64,000 nucleotides of DNA from Sphingobacteriales bacterium (GTDB lineage Bacteria > Bacteroidota > Bacteroidia > Sphingobacteriales > Sphingobacteriaceae), in assembly GCA_047635375.1 (NCBI GenBank), contig JBLIKP010000001.1, forward strand, positions 7,115-71,114, read 5' to 3'. The notes below the pieces were generated by a model. The model was not told where the DNA came from and did not search any database. It worked only from the letters and a program-made list of their open reading frames with translations. The position numbers and the translations under genes are program-made. How positions within the stretch are numbered: position 1 is the first letter of the stretch; every line of letters begins with the position of its first letter. Shown piece after piece: positions 1-9,772 of this stretch.

Positions 1-434
1 TTTCTTCAAAGTCGTTATAGTTTTCAGAGTAGATTCCGTATCCAGCAAAGGCAATGTCATTAGTGGTAACATCAAGCTCAGTTCCCGGTAGCGCATAAAA
101 ATCTTCACCGAATTTATTTTCTTTTTGATTGATGTAAATCTTTTTGTGGTTCCAAACAGATTTAATCAATGGGACTTTTTGAAAGTACCCATCGATAGCT
201 GGGATCCCTTTTATTCCGTAGGATTTAAACTCCTTTACTAAATAATCGGCGGCCATATTGTAGCCTTCTTTTCCAGTTTCACGACCAGCATATTCATCGC
301 TAGCAATAATGTTTAAGTGTTTTGATAAGTCTGCAGCTGTAATAGTTGCTGCATATTTACTTTGAGTTGCATCTTGACCATTAACCATGCTTGCGCAGAA
401 TGGAAGGGCCAATAAGATTAAATATTTCTTCATT
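1..434 (-). CDS. M28-family (aminopeptidase-like) secreted peptidase, N-terminal part; the ORF runs off the left edge
   Basis: Absent from the ORF track because no stop codon lies inside the window. Hand translation from ATG (complement of 432-434) gives MKKYLILLALPFCASMVNGQDATQSKYAATITAADLSKHLNIIASDEYAGRETGKEGYNMAADYLVKEFKSYG... This is a signal peptide followed by the LxxHLxxxASDExxGRxTG segment I associate with bacterial M28 peptidases. The frame stays open to position 1. Confidence 0.6.
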
Positions 435-490
435 TTATTATTTTTGGAAGGCTGAATATACGGCAAATCGAGATTAAGAAAAACTAAAAT

Positions 491-919
491 TTAGCAGTTT
501 ATCTTATTGACTCTGTTTTCGTGCCTTCCGCCTTCAAAGGGGGTTTGTAAAAAGGTAGATACAATTTCATTAGCATCGTCAAAAGCAACAAAACGAGCAG
601 GAATACAAACAATATTTGCGTTATTATGCTGTCTTGATAATGCTGCTAATTCTTTTTCCCAGCAAATGGCTGCTCTAATTCCTCCATGCTTATTTGCTGT
701 CATCGCTACTCCATTTGCACTTCCGCAGATAAGAATTCCGAGTTCTTGTTTTCCAGCTTTAACGCTTTCAGCAAGTGGGTGAACATAGTCTGGGTAATCC
801 ACTGATTCTCGACCATGAGTTCCAAAGTCTTCACAATCATGACCTTTTTTGGTAAGGATGTCTATTAACTGTGCTTTGTATTCGAATCCAGCGTGATCGC
901 CACCTAATGCAATTTTCAT
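491..919 (-). CDS. rpiB: ribose-5-phosphate isomerase B
   Basis: 142-aa ORF. MKIALGGDHAGFEYK..., ILICGSANGVAMTANKH and GGRHENRV match the RpiB/LacAB family pattern. Confidence 0.9.
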   Translation of the reverse strand: MKIALGGDHAGFEYKAQLIDILTKKGHDCEDFGTHGRESVDYPDYVHPLAESVKAGKQELGILICGSANGVAMTANKHGGIRAAICWEKELAALSRQHNNANIVCIPARFVAFDDANEIVSTFLQTPFEGGRHENRVNKINC

Positions 920-928
920 ATTTACCTG

Positions 929-1801
929 TTAATTTTGTTCTCTTTGTTTTTTAATGTCCTTAAGTTTTCTGCGCTCCACAGAGCCTGAGATAAAGATGCT
1001 TATTTCGTAAAGGAAAAACAATGGCATACTTATTAGAAGCTGCGTTGGAATATCAGGTGTAGGTGTAAGAAAGGCCGCCAGTATCAAAATAATCATGATG
1101 GCGTGTTTTCTGTACATCCGCATAAATTTTGGCGTGATAATTCCCATTTTCGAAAGGAAGTAGATTACCAAAGGGAGCTCAAATAGGATTCCAGCAGCAA
1201 AACAAATACTTGTAATCGTTGAAATGTATGAGTTAATACTTATTTGGTTCAATATCTCTGGACTCAACTCATAATTTGCCAAGAAATTGATGGACATAGG
1301 GGTCACGATAAAATAACCGAATAGTACGCCTGTTAAAAAAAGACTTGAACTAAAAAACACAACACCTCGTGTGGTGCTTTTTTCCTTGAATTTTAAGCCT
1401 GGTTTAACGAATCTCCACACCTCCCAAAGTAAGTAGGGGAATCCAAGAACCAACCCGATTACAAATGAGATTACTATGTGCTTGGTGAATTGACCAGCCA
1501 TTTCTGTGTTTAGTAAGGAGAAGTTTATTTCTGTAACACACAGCCCTTGAGCAAGGTTAAGCCACTCACTTAGGGCGCATAATTTTCTATAGGTCCAAAA
1601 GTCAACCGACTTTGGTCCTAAAATAATCATGTCAAAAACTATGTTTTTATAGGAGAATGCAAGACCAGTAATGGTCAGGATGAACAAAGTCGAACGGATT
1701 ACGTGCCACCTCAATGATTCAAGGTGGTCAATGAATGACATCTCCTTGGCGTCTATGTCTACCGGTTCAACCGGACCCGTTGTTTCTGTTTTGTCGGTCA
1801 T
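929..1801 (-). CDS. tatC: twin-arginine translocase subunit TatC
   Basis: 290-aa polytopic membrane ORF. The N-terminal MSFIDHLESLRWHVIRS segment is the TatC-type HLxELR motif, and the hydrophobic segments fit six TM helices. The true start could be the internal MSF. Confidence 0.88.
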   Translation of the reverse strand: MTDKTETTGPVEPVDIDAKEMSFIDHLESLRWHVIRSTLFILTITGLAFSYKNIVFDMIILGPKSVDFWTYRKLCALSEWLNLAQGLCVTEINFSLLNTEMAGQFTKHIVISFVIGLVLGFPYLLWEVWRFVKPGLKFKEKSTTRGVVFFSSSLFLTGVLFGYFIVTPMSINFLANYELSPEILNQISINSYISTITSICFAAGILFELPLVIYFLSKMGIITPKFMRMYRKHAIMIILILAAFLTPTPDIPTQLLISMPLFFLYEISIFISGSVERRKLKDIKKQREQN

Positions 1802-1840
1802 TTGAGTGCAAAGATAAATAAACCGAATGGTCTAATAACA

Positions 1841-1872
1841 AAAAAACTCCGCAGGAAACCTGCGGAGTTTTT
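1841..1872 (-). terminator. rho-independent terminator downstream of accC
   Basis: 9-bp GC-rich stem ctccgcagg (1847-1855) / cctgcggag (1859-1867) with a 3-nt loop. It is flanked by an A-run and a T-run, so the minus-strand transcript ends in a U-tract. Confidence 0.75.
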
Positions 1873-1888
1873 AATTTTTACTTTATCC

Positions 1889-3223
1889 TTACATTTTAAA
1901 GGTTTCCATAAACTTAGTGGTGAAATTCCCGGATCTATAATCGGGGTCTTTCATAAGTTTTATATGGAATGGTATTGTTGTTTTAACACCTTCAATAATG
2001 AATTCCGACAATGCTCTTTCCATTGTAGCAATTGCTTCGTCTCTTGTTTGAGCAACGGCAATAAGCTTGGCAATCATTGAGTCATAATTCGGTGGAATTA
2101 CATAACCAGCATAAACGTGAGTATCTACACGAACTCCATGGCCTCCTGGGCTATGGAAATTTGTTATTTTTCCTGGAGACGGTCTGAAATCGTTTTCAGG
2201 GTCTTCAGCATTAATACGGCACTCAATTGCGTGCATCTTAGGAATGTAAGCCTTTCCCGAAACAGGGATGCCTGCCGCTACCTTTATTTGCTCCTTAATT
2301 AAGTCGTAATTAATTACTTCTTCAGTTACAGGGTGTTCTACTTGGATACGAGTATTCATCTCCATGAAGTAGAAATTCCGGTGTTTGTCCACTAGAAACT
2401 CAACAGTTCCAGCACCTTCATATCTTACGGCATGAGCGGCTTTAATAGCTGCTTCTCCCATTGCCTTACGCAGCTTTGGAGTCATAAAAGGTGAAGGAGC
2501 TTCTTCGGTTAATTTTTGGTGGCGACGTTGGATTGAACAATCACGCTCACTTAAGTGGCAAGCATTTCCTTGTTGATCGCCGATAACCTGGATTTCAATA
2601 TGTCGAGGATCTTCAATGAATTTCTCAAGGTAGATTCCATCATTTCCAAAAGCTGCACCAGCCTCTTGACGAGCTGAGTTCCATCCTTTTTCAAATTCAT
2701 CTTCCTTCCAGCAAAGACGCATTCCTTTTCCACCACCACCGGCAGTAGCTTTAAGCATAATTGGATATCCAATTTCTAATGCAACTTCTTTCCCATGCTT
2801 GATGTCTCTAATTAGACCTTCAGAACCGGGGATTGTAGGTACACCAGCTTTTTTCATGGTAGTTTTGGCCATAGCCTTGTCTCCCATGTTATTAATCATG
2901 TCTGGTGAAGCTCCAATAAATTTAATGCCATTATCAGCACAAATGGCAGAAAATTTAGCGTTTTCAGCTAAAAACCCATATCCTGGGTGAATAGCATCCG
3001 CGTTTGTAATTTCCGCTGCAGCGATAATATTGGGAATATTTAAATATGAGTCAGCACTTGGTGGCGGGCCAATGCACACCGCTTCATCTGCAAAACGCAC
3101 ATGAAGTGATTCACGGTCGGCGGTAGAATATACCGATACCGTTTTTATGCCCATTTCTTTGCAAGTACGTATAATACGTAATGCAATTTCACCACGGTTG
3201 GCTATAAGTATCTTTTTAAACAT
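1889..3223 (-). CDS. accC: acetyl-CoA carboxylase, biotin carboxylase subunit
   Basis: 444 aa. Contains [26 protein letters not shown], the ATP-grasp GGGGKGMR motif and [14 protein letters not shown]. Lies directly downstream of accB. Confidence 0.97.
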   Translation of the reverse strand: MFKKILIANRGEIALRIIRTCKEMGIKTVSVYSTADRESLHVRFADEAVCIGPPPSADSYLNIPNIIAAAEITNADAIHPGYGFLAENAKFSAICADNGIKFIGASPDMINNMGDKAMAKTTMKKAGVPTIPGSEGLIRDIKHGKEVALEIGYPIMLKATAGGGGKGMRLCWKEDEFEKGWNSARQEAGAAFGNDGIYLEKFIEDPRHIEIQVIGDQQGNACHLSERDCSIQRRHQKLTEEAPSPFMTPKLRKAMGEAAIKAAHAVRYEGAGTVEFLVDKHRNFYFMEMNTRIQVEHPVTEEVINYDLIKEQIKVAAGIPVSGKAYIPKMHAIECRINAEDPENDFRPSPGKITNFHSPGGHGVRVDTHVYAGYVIPPNYDSMIAKLIAVAQTRDEAIATMERALSEFIIEGVKTTIPFHIKLMKDPDYRSGNFTTKFMETFKM

Positions 3224-3282
3224 AATGGTTTTTTAGTTTGATAGATGCCAAATTTCCCCATAAATGGGAAGTGAGCTCCTAA

Positions 3283-3762
3283 TTAGGAAGGGTCAACTAA
3301 GAAAAGAGGTTGATCGTATTCAACAGGGCTAGCGTTGTCTATCAAAACCTTAACGATTTTCCCTGAAACTTCAGATTCAATCTCATTGAAAAGTTTCATT
3401 GCTTCAACGATGCAAAGAACTTGTCCTGGTTTGATGGTGTCCCCAACATTTACAAATATATCTTGATCCGGTGAAGGAGTTCTATAAAATGTTCCAATCA
3501 TTGGAGATTTAATAGTGATGTAGTTTGCGTTTTCATCCGCTACTGGAGCATCGGCTGGAGCCGAAGCAGGTGCTGATGGAGCGGGAGTCATTGGCGCTTG
3601 CATTTGTTGCATAGCCTGAGGCGCATAAGCAACCATCTCAGTTTTTCTTTCTTTTGGTGATTTTATCACCAATTTGAAGTCTTCTTTTTCAAGAGATACT
3701 TCGCCTACTCCTGATTTAGAGACAAATTTAATCAGGTCCTGGATTTGTTTTAGATCTAACAT
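3283..3762 (-). CDS. accB: acetyl-CoA carboxylase biotin carboxyl carrier protein
   Basis: 159 aa. An Ala/Pro-rich linker ([18 protein letters not shown]) is followed by the biotinyl-lysine motif [13 protein letters not shown]. Confidence 0.95.
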   Translation of the reverse strand: MLDLKQIQDLIKFVSKSGVGEVSLEKEDFKLVIKSPKERKTEMVAYAPQAMQQMQAPMTPAPSAPASAPADAPVADENANYITIKSPMIGTFYRTPSPDQDIFVNVGDTIKPGQVLCIVEAMKLFNEIESEVSGKIVKVLIDNASPVEYDQPLFLVDPS

Positions 3763-3814
3763 AGAATTGGTTCGTATTGGTAGATAATGTTTACAATAAT
3801 ATTAAAATGTTTCT

Positions 3815-3857
3815 CTACCTCAAAAAAGACTGCCAACAAAAATCAAATTTGAGGTAG
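3815..3857 (-). terminator. long-loop hairpin between fabH and accB (weak terminator or processing structure)
   Basis: 10-bp stem ctacctcaaa (3815-3824) / tttgaggtag (3848-3857) with a 23-nt loop. On the minus strand it is not followed by a clean U-tract, hence the low confidence. Confidence 0.3.
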
Positions 3858-3885
3858 TTTTTAAGTTATTAATAAGTGTTATAAA

Positions 3886-4887
3886 TTATTCTTTTGTGTC
3901 GTAAGCCCATTTAATATAAATGGAGCCCCAGGTGAATCCTCCGCCAAATGCTGCAAGGACAATGTTATCACCTTTTTTCATTTTGCTTTCCCATTCCCAC
4001 AGACATAAAGGAATAGTTCCATTTGTAGTATTTCCATACCTTTGAATGTTTAGCATAACCTTTTCCGGTCCAACACCCATACGACTTGCCGTAGCGTCAA
4101 TTATTCTTTTGTTTGCTTGGTGAGGAACTAACCATGCTACATTTTCTGCAGTTAAGTCGTTTCTTTCCATGATTTCTGCAGCTACATTTGCCATGTTTTC
4201 TACGGCAAATTTAAATACTGTTCTTCCTTCTTGATAAACGTAATGTTCACGAGCGTCAACGGTTTCATGGCTTGCTGGCTTTCTAGAGCCACCAGCTTTT
4301 TGGTGTAAAAATTCAGCTCCTGACCCATCAGATTTTAGGATAGAATCTTGTATTCCAAATCCTTCATCATTTGCTTCTAAAAGCACAGCGCCAGCGCCAT
4401 CACCAAAGATGATGCAAGTTTGTCGGTCGGTGTAGTCGATTATCGACGACATTTTATCACCACCAACCACTACAATTTTTTTATATGAGCCTGTTTCAAT
4501 GAATTTTGAAGCAGTTGCAAGCGAAAATAAGAATCCAGAACAAGCAGCACCTATGTCGTAACTGAAGGCATTGGTTGCTCCAATTTGATCGCATATTAGG
4601 TTGGCTGTGGCCGGAAATTGCATGTCTGGCGTTACAGTAGCGCAGATTAACAAATCGATTTCTTTTGGGTCAATACCACGTTTTTTACAAAGGCCTTTTA
4701 CAGCCTCGGCGCCCATGTGAGATGTTCCTTTGCCTTCGCCTTTTAAAAGCCGACGTTCGTTTATCCCTGTTCGACTAGTTATCCATTCGTCTGTAGTATC
4801 GATCATGGTTTCTAATACCTTGTTCGATAAAACGTAATCAGGTAGATATCCGTTGACTGCTGTAATTGCCGCTTTTATATTTCCCAT
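3886..4887 (-). CDS. fabH: 3-oxoacyl-ACP synthase III
   Basis: 333 aa. Active-site Cys context GAACSGF, plus VPHQANKRI and GNTTNGTIP. Sits in the conserved rpmF-plsX-fabH order. Confidence 0.95.
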   Translation of the reverse strand: MGNIKAAITAVNGYLPDYVLSNKVLETMIDTTDEWITSRTGINERRLLKGEGKGTSHMGAEAVKGLCKKRGIDPKEIDLLICATVTPDMQFPATANLICDQIGATNAFSYDIGAACSGFLFSLATASKFIETGSYKKIVVVGGDKMSSIIDYTDRQTCIIFGDGAGAVLLEANDEGFGIQDSILKSDGSGAEFLHQKAGGSRKPASHETVDAREHYVYQEGRTVFKFAVENMANVAAEIMERNDLTAENVAWLVPHQANKRIIDATASRMGVGPEKVMLNIQRYGNTTNGTIPLCLWEWESKMKKGDNIVLAAFGGGFTWGSIYIKWAYDTKE

Positions 4888-4915
4888 GTATTGGTGTTCG
4901 AGATTTTGAAGGTAG

Positions 4916-5866
4916 CTAAACTACGGCTTCTTTAAATATTTTGGTAATCTTATTGGTAAGATTAGAGGTAACCATGTCTCTTGTCATAAGAATCATGTTT
5001 TTAATAGCCTTAGCATTAGAAATTCCATGACCAATTACAACAGGAGCGTTAACCCCTAAAATTGGGCTTCCTCCATAGTTTTCGTAATTGAATCGGTCAA
5101 AGAATTCGTCCTGAATTCCTCTTTTACGGATATAATAATAAAACGATTCAGCCTCTTTTAAAATTACATTTCCTGTAAAGCCATCACAAACGATTACATC
5201 GGCCTTGTCATTAAAAAGATCGCGCCCTTCAATGTTTCCAGCGAAGTTTATTTGTGGTGTGTTTTTTAAGAGTTGATTTGCGGCTTGGGTAAGGATAGAC
5301 CCTTTTTCTTCTTCTTCCCCAAGGTTCATTAATCCGACTTTAGGATTATCGATTCCGAAAACGCTTTTGGCGAATAATGAACCAAGAATTCCAAATTGGA
5401 CTAAATGTTCCGGCTTACAATCGGCATTGGCACCGACGTCCAAAATCACCCCATAACCACCTTTTTCCTTTGGAACTAGAGCGGCAATTGCAGGACGAGT
5501 AACGCCTTCTATCGGGCGCACACTAAATGCAGCACCAACAAACATAGCGCCTGTATTACCAGCACTTGCGAAGGCATCAACTTTCCCAGCTTTTAATAGG
5601 CCGAAACCTACTGCTATACTTGAGTCTGTTTTTTTAGAAATTGCTTTGGTGGGATGTTCACTCATTCCGATGACTTCGGTGGTGTGAACAATTTCGAAAT
5701 TTTCGGAGTTTGAACCGTTTTGATCTAGGATTGAACGAATTTCTTTTTCGTCTCCAATCAGGACCAACTTGACATCATTACCTAGTTCTTTAGAAGCTTG
5801 AATGGCTCCTAAAGTTGTTTGCAAAGGTGCGAAATCGCCCCCCATTATATCTAAGGCTATTTTCAT
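4916..5866 (-). CDS. plsX: phosphate acyltransferase PlsX
   Basis: 316 aa. Begins [14 protein letters not shown] and contains GNTGA. Lies between rpmF and fabH. Confidence 0.95.
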   Translation of the reverse strand: MKIALDIMGGDFAPLQTTLGAIQASKELGNDVKLVLIGDEKEIRSILDQNGSNSENFEIVHTTEVIGMSEHPTKAISKKTDSSIAVGFGLLKAGKVDAFASAGNTGAMFVGAAFSVRPIEGVTRPAIAALVPKEKGGYGVILDVGANADCKPEHLVQFGILGSLFAKSVFGIDNPKVGLMNLGEEEEKGSILTQAANQLLKNTPQINFAGNIEGRDLFNDKADVIVCDGFTGNVILKEAESFYYYIRKRGIQDEFFDRFNYENYGGSPILGVNAPVVIGHGISNAKAIKNMILMTRDMVTSNLTNKITKIFKEAVV

Positions 5867-5934
5867 GGATGGTTCCTGTTTTATGCTAACCGAAAGTGGA
5901 TATTTTTTATAAAAACCACAAGAAAAAAGGCGAT

Positions 5935-5971
5935 AAAAAACCCTGCTCCTTTATAATACAAGTGAGCAGGG
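5935..5971 (-). terminator. terminator-like hairpin downstream of rpmF
   Basis: 8-bp stem ccctgctc (5941-5948) / gagcaggg (5964-5971) with a 15-nt loop. The A6 run at 5935-5940 gives a U6 tail on the minus-strand transcript. Confidence 0.5.
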
Positions 5972-5983
5972 TTTGAAATTTCC

Positions 5984-6172
5984 TTACTCTGCAGTGGCTT
6001 CTACCACCATTTTACCGTTGTAGTACATGTTGCCATCAACAAAGTACGCTCGGTGTGGCTGGTGAATAGTACCAGTGGTTGCACATTTTGCCAAAGCAGG
6101 AGCTACCGCTTTGTAATGAGTTCTGCGCTTGTCTCTCCTTGTTTTGGAAATCTTTCTTTTAGGATGTGCCAT
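5984..6172 (-). CDS. rpmF: 50S ribosomal protein L32
   Basis: 62 aa, beginning [21 protein letters not shown]. There is no CxxC pair, so this is the non-zinc form. Confidence 0.95.
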   Translation of the reverse strand: MAHPKRKISKTRRDKRRTHYKAVAPALAKCATTGTIHQPHRAYFVDGNMYYNGKMVVEATAE

Positions 6173-6176
6173 TTTG

Positions 6177-6707
6177 CTACGACTTTAAATTTAAATTTTT
6201 CAATGCATCCCAACGTGGATCTTGCTTTTGATCCTTATTGGCAATGTTTAGTTTGTTTATTTCCTCAATAGTGTCTTTATCACAACTTTGTCCGTCAATT
6301 CCAGCGTCTTCACAATTTGGAATCATTGGGAGGCTTAAAACTACGAATTCATAAATGAATTGTTTCAATTCGATTTCTGAAGAGTCTTGTGGAAGAAAGA
6401 TTATCTCATCCGTTGTGTCTTCTTCAGGTCCTGAAAGCTTGATAATTAAGCTTTCTTCTATCCAAATTGGTTGTTTAAATTCCGAAGTACATCGATCGCA
6501 GTTTAGAGTAACAGTACCGTCAAAGTCGAAATGAAGCTGTAACATATGGTCAGCTTTTTCAAATATGAGGTTTAATTCTAAATCACTTCCCGATATCCTA
6601 TCGGCCTCCAGTTGTTCAAAAAACGATGCGTCTATTGAATACTTAAATGAATGTTCTCCGTTTTTCAACCCTAAAAAGGGAATTGTAAAAGCATTTTTTT
6701 TAAGCAT
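6177..6707 (-). CDS. yceD: YceD/DUF177 family protein
   Basis: 176-aa acidic protein that ends 4 nt upstream of rpmF, the classic yceD-rpmF pairing. It carries a Cys cluster ([10 protein letters not shown] ... PNCED ... QSCDKD). Confidence 0.8.
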   Translation of the reverse strand: MLKKNAFTIPFLGLKNGEHSFKYSIDASFFEQLEADRISGSDLELNLIFEKADHMLQLHFDFDGTVTLNCDRCTSEFKQPIWIEESLIIKLSGPEEDTTDEIIFLPQDSSEIELKQFIYEFVVLSLPMIPNCEDAGIDGQSCDKDTIEEINKLNIANKDQKQDPRWDALKNLNLKS

Positions 6708-6787
6708 TCTCCGCTTCTTTTATTCAGCCTGCAAAATTAGGTATAAATGAGTTGAATAACAAAATTCTTGCAGTAAGTTTTTTTTAT

Positions 6788-7846
6788 TTATCCGTTCCTG
6801 TCATTTTCCAATCTTGATGAAGCTAACGGATTGGAAGTTAATTCGCTATACTCCGAACGCATTTTTATTATATCTAATGTGGTAAAAAGCGTTTCTCTAA
6901 GTGAATCAGGATTGGCTTCTTTTTTTCCCGCTAGTTCGTAAGCCGTTCCGTGATCCGGAGATGTTCTTATTACAGGAAGTCCTGCAGTAAAGTTCACTCC
7001 TTTACCAAAGCTAAGGGCCTTAAAGGGGACTAAACCCTGGTCGTGGAACATTGCCAGGACGCCGTCAAATTTCTTGTAATTCCCTGAGCCAAAAAATCCA
7101 TCTGCAGAATACGGGCCTAATGCCATAATTCCTTGTTTCTTTGCTTCCTCAATCGCAGGAATTATCCTTTCATTTTCTTCGCCGCCTAATTTTCCGTTAT
7201 CTCCGGCATGCGGATTCAAGCCTAAAACCGCAATTTTCGGCTTGTTTATTCTGAAGTCAGATTTTAAAGTTTGGTTTAAAATCTTAATTCGACTGAGTAC
7301 TTTTTTCTTTGTGATATTTGTACTTACCTCAGAAAGGGGGATATGTCCGGTAACCACGCCTATTTTTAAATGTTCATTCACCATTAACATGAGCGCTTCG
7401 CCATCAGTTGCTTTTGATTCGATATATTCCGTATGCCCTGGGAATTCAAATCCGCTTTTCGAAATAACGTCCTTATTAATGGGTAGTGTTATTAAGGCTT
7501 GAATTTCACCAGCATATAATGCTGTGGTTGCCGCCTCAAGAGATTTAATAGCATATTCACCCCCTACTTCGTTGGGTTCTCCTAAAGTGATTTTCACTTC
7601 CTCCTCCCATGCATTGAGTATATTGAGTTTTCCTGGCTTAGCTTCAGAAACTTGAGATATTGCATTGAAATTTATATGTGGCACTCCCGCCGCCTTTCTG
7701 TGGTAACTTACTACCTTTGATGAGCCGAAAATAACAGGAATACATCTACTTAATATTCTTTCGTCTTGGATTGTCTTTAAAAAAACTTCTAATCCAATTC
7801 CGTTAATGTCGCCAGTTGTAAATCCTATGATTGTGTTATTTTCCAT
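6788..7846 (-). CDS. pdxA: 4-hydroxythreonine-4-phosphate dehydrogenase
   Basis: 352 aa. Contains FPGHTEY, MFHDQGLVPFK and PVIRTSPDHGTAYELAGK. Confidence 0.93.
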   Translation of the reverse strand: MENNTIIGFTTGDINGIGLEVFLKTIQDERILSRCIPVIFGSSKVVSYHRKAAGVPHINFNAISQVSEAKPGKLNILNAWEEEVKITLGEPNEVGGEYAIKSLEAATTALYAGEIQALITLPINKDVISKSGFEFPGHTEYIESKATDGEALMLMVNEHLKIGVVTGHIPLSEVSTNITKKKVLSRIKILNQTLKSDFRINKPKIAVLGLNPHAGDNGKLGGEENERIIPAIEEAKKQGIMALGPYSADGFFGSGNYKKFDGVLAMFHDQGLVPFKALSFGKGVNFTAGLPVIRTSPDHGTAYELAGKKEANPDSLRETLFTTLDIIKMRSEYSELTSNPLASSRLENDRNG

Positions 7847-7948
7847 TTTTAATATATTATCCGCTTAACGGGAATAAAAGGTTTTTTTAAGCCTTACCCA
7901 AGAATATTATGCAATTTTAAGAAGAATTTCTGTATTTAGCCCTCAATA

Positions 7949-8722
7949 ATGAAAAAGGTACGCGCAAAGAAGCATTTAGGACAACACTTTTTGAAGGACC
8001 AAAACATCGCAAGAAAGATTGCAGAATCCCTTTCTTTTGGTGATGCTTATAATAAGGTGTTGGAAATTGGTCCTGGAATGGGGGTATTAACCAAATTCCT
8101 TATTGAAAAAGAAAAAGATCTTACGGTAGTCGAGCTAGACTCCGAATCGGTTTCCTACCTACAAGAGAATTTCCCAAAGGATAAAATCACTATAGTTGAA
8201 GGGGATTTTTTAAAGATAAATTGGCCCTTAGAACTAAAAGAACCTTTTGCCTTAATTGGGAACTTTCCTTATAATATATCCTCTCAAATAATATTTAAGG
8301 TGCTTGAGCATCGTGAATTTATTCCGGAAATGGCAGGGATGTTTCAGCGAGAAGTGGCACGAAGGCTTTCCTCTCCTCCAGGAATCAAAGATTATGGAAT
8401 TTTGACGGTATTATTGAATGCCTATTATAAAGTAAACTACCTCTTTACTGTAAACGAAGGTGTTTTTCAGCCGCCGCCAAAAGTGAAGTCGGGGGTGATT
8501 CGTTTAACTCGACATGAAAAAGAACCTGATGTAGAATATTCAATTCTTGCCGAAGTTGTGAAATCGGGTTTTGGCCAGCGTCGCAAAAAACTTAGCAATG
8601 CGCTAAAACCATTTAACCTTGCAGAAACTCCTGTTGCGCATTATCTAGAAAAACGTGCTGAACAATTAACGGTTGATAATTTTATTGAAATAGCCCAATA
8701 CGTAGCCTCTACCAGAATATGA
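7949..8722 (+). CDS. rsmA: 16S rRNA (adenine1518/1519-N6)-dimethyltransferase
   Basis: 257 aa. Contains AKKHLGQHFL, the SAM loop LEIGPGMGVLT and GNFPYNISS. Confidence 0.95.
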   Translation: MKKVRAKKHLGQHFLKDQNIARKIAESLSFGDAYNKVLEIGPGMGVLTKFLIEKEKDLTVVELDSESVSYLQENFPKDKITIVEGDFLKINWPLELKEPFALIGNFPYNISSQIIFKVLEHREFIPEMAGMFQREVARRLSSPPGIKDYGILTVLLNAYYKVNYLFTVNEGVFQPPPKVKSGVIRLTRHEKEPDVEYSILAEVVKSGFGQRRKKLSNALKPFNLAETPVAHYLEKRAEQLTVDNFIEIAQYVASTRI

Positions 8723-9654
8723 AAAAAGTTCTAGTGCTGGACGATATTCACCCAGTTTTCATTAATACCTTATTGGAAAATAATTTCGATTGTGTTTACA
8801 GGCCCGACATTACAAAGGATGAGGCTATGAAAATTATCGGAAATTTTGAAGGGATTTTAGTTCGCAGTAAATTCCAGATCACCAAAGATGTAATAGACGC
8901 TGCTCATAAATTGAGGTTTATTGCACGCTCTGGTTCTGGTATGGATGATATTGATGTGGCTTACGCCGAAGAAAAAGGGGTAAGTTGTTTAAGATCTCCT
9001 GAAGGTAATTGTGACGCAGTCGGTGAGCATGCGGTTGCCATGCTTTTGTGTTTGATGAACAAGGTGCACTTAGCAAATACAAGTGTTAAAAATGGTGAGT
9101 GGAATAGAGAGGAGCATAGGGGGACAGAAGTTAGCGGTAAAACGGTTGCGATTTTCGGCTATAGCCATATGGGAAAAGCCTTTGCTCGAAAAATCTCAGG
9201 GTTTGAGGCAAACGTTGTTTTTTATGATCGGTATAACAAAAGCTTAGAAGATGCAAATGCCAAGGAAACTATGCTTGATGAGATATTTCAAACAGCCGAC
9301 ATTGTTTCTCTTCATTTTCCATGGACTCCGGAGAACCATCATTTTATAGAAGAAGATTTCTTAAGAAAATTTAAAAAACCAATCTACCTGATCAATACAG
9401 CACGCGGAAAAGTATTAGACACTTCAATCATTTCAAGGCTTATCGATGAGAAAGTATTAATCGGAGTTGGCTTAGATGTTTTAGAAAATGAAAAACTTTC
9501 TTCGTTAACTTTAAATGAAAAGAATATATTTGAAGCCCTTATTGAAAATAAAAGGGTTTTGATGACTCCCCACGTGGCTGGGTGGACTCATGAATCTTAT
9601 TATAAATTAGCTAAGGTTTTGGTTGATAAAATCTTAGCCTTGAATTTCCCCTAA
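8719..9654 (+). CDS. D-isomer-specific 2-hydroxyacid dehydrogenase family protein (PdxB/SerA-like)
   Basis: 311 aa. Contains NTARG, LDVLENE and TPHVAGWT (the Arg/Glu/His catalytic contexts). The dinucleotide loop reads FGYSHMGKAF. Its start overlaps the rsmA stop by 4 nt (ATGA). Confidence 0.8.
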   Translation: MKKVLVLDDIHPVFINTLLENNFDCVYRPDITKDEAMKIIGNFEGILVRSKFQITKDVIDAAHKLRFIARSGSGMDDIDVAYAEEKGVSCLRSPEGNCDAVGEHAVAMLLCLMNKVHLANTSVKNGEWNREEHRGTEVSGKTVAIFGYSHMGKAFARKISGFEANVVFYDRYNKSLEDANAKETMLDEIFQTADIVSLHFPWTPENHHFIEEDFLRKFKKPIYLINTARGKVLDTSIISRLIDEKVLIGVGLDVLENEKLSSLTLNEKNIFEALIENKRVLMTPHVAGWTHESYYKLAKVLVDKILALNFP

Positions 9655-9772
9655 TTAATAGATGTCAATCGGGTGAATTCGGTATTTGTTTTGAACAAAT
9701 ACTTTGAAAATAATTTAAATTAGCCATATATTTAAAAATCTTTTGTTTTGAGTTAACACTAGGAAATCAATT

